DNA from: Obrimoposthia wandeli
Lineage: Eukaryota
NCBI GenBank assembly: GCA_977020255.1
Contig: CDROCS010000506.1
Span: 2,046,001-2,110,000 of the forward strand
DNA length: 64,000 bases
Direction: 5' to 3'
Below the pieces are notes generated by a model. It saw only the letters and a program-made list of their open reading frames with translations. It was not told the DNA's origin and did no database searches. The translations under genes and the position numbers were made by a program. Every line of letters begins with the position of its first letter. Positions within the stretch are counted from its first letter, which is position 1. Of this stretch, positions 63,529-64,000 are shown piece by piece.

Positions 63529-64000
63529 GGTTAAGTGACTAAGCGTATACGGTGGATGCCTAGGCAGTCAGAGGCGATGAAGGACGTGTTAATCTGCGTT
63601 AAGCTGTGGGGAGTTGATAAAAAGCGTTAATCCACAGATTTCCGAATGGGGAAACCCACCTTACTAAGTAAGGTATCGTAACGTGAATACATAGCGTTAC
63701 GAAGCGAACCGGGAGAACTGAAACATCTAAGTACCCCGAGGAAAAGAAATCAATAGAGATACCCTTAGTAGCGGCGAGCGAACGGGGTCTAGCCCTTAAG
63801 CAGTTTGGAAGTTAATGGAAGAATCTGGAAAGTTTCACGATACAGGGTGATAGTCCCGTACATGAAAACGACCTTACTGTGAAATCGAGTAGGACGGCAC
63901 ACGTGATATGCTGTTTGAATATGGGAGGACCATCTTCCAAGGCTAAATACTACTGACTGACCGATAGTGAACCAGTACCGTGAGGGAAAGGCGAAAAGAA
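63529..64000 (+). rRNA. rrl: 23S rRNA, copy 3 (5' part, truncated by window)
   Basis: GGTTAAGTGACTAAGCG start; matches copy 2. Confidence 0.97.

Noticed and set aside
55853-64000. Tandem rrn copies as a pure assembly artefact
   Set aside because: The copies have distinct compensated helices, leaders and diverged spacers, which a false duplication would not create; long-read confirmation of their order is still needed.

Overview
This is the replication-origin region of a marine gammaproteobacterial chromosome. The 16S sequence resembles Moritella, but that is from recall and was not confirmed by a search. From left to right the window holds: the end of fadBA; an OmpR-type regulator, histidine kinase, orphan sugar-binding protein and YccS cluster; a FabY-type ketoacyl synthase divergent from a GlxA/AraC regulator; bfd converging on two complementary bacterioferritin genes; tusA, glyQS, viaA-ravA and avtA; gyrB-recF-dnaN-dnaA; an amino-acid ABC transporter; rpmH-rnpA-yidD-yidC-mnmE; a standalone HDOD gene; mioC, oriC and mnmG-rsmG-parAB; atpIBEFHAGDC, glmU and nadE; and three directly tandem, tRNA-less rRNA operons, the third truncated by the window. 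Five parS sites and several DnaA boxes are readable. I saw no mobile element, CRISPR array or tRNA. Most of the window is conserved housekeeping DNA. The best leads are the fabY/GlxA divergon with 21-bp-period repeats, the sensor kinase plus transporter-less binding protein, the heteromeric bacterioferritin with a convergent Fur-boxed bfd, an in-frame duplicated glyS tail, a DnaA-box cluster outside oriC, and strong sequence and promoter heterogeneity among the tandem rrn copies. Novelty of any of these is unverified because no database search was possible.
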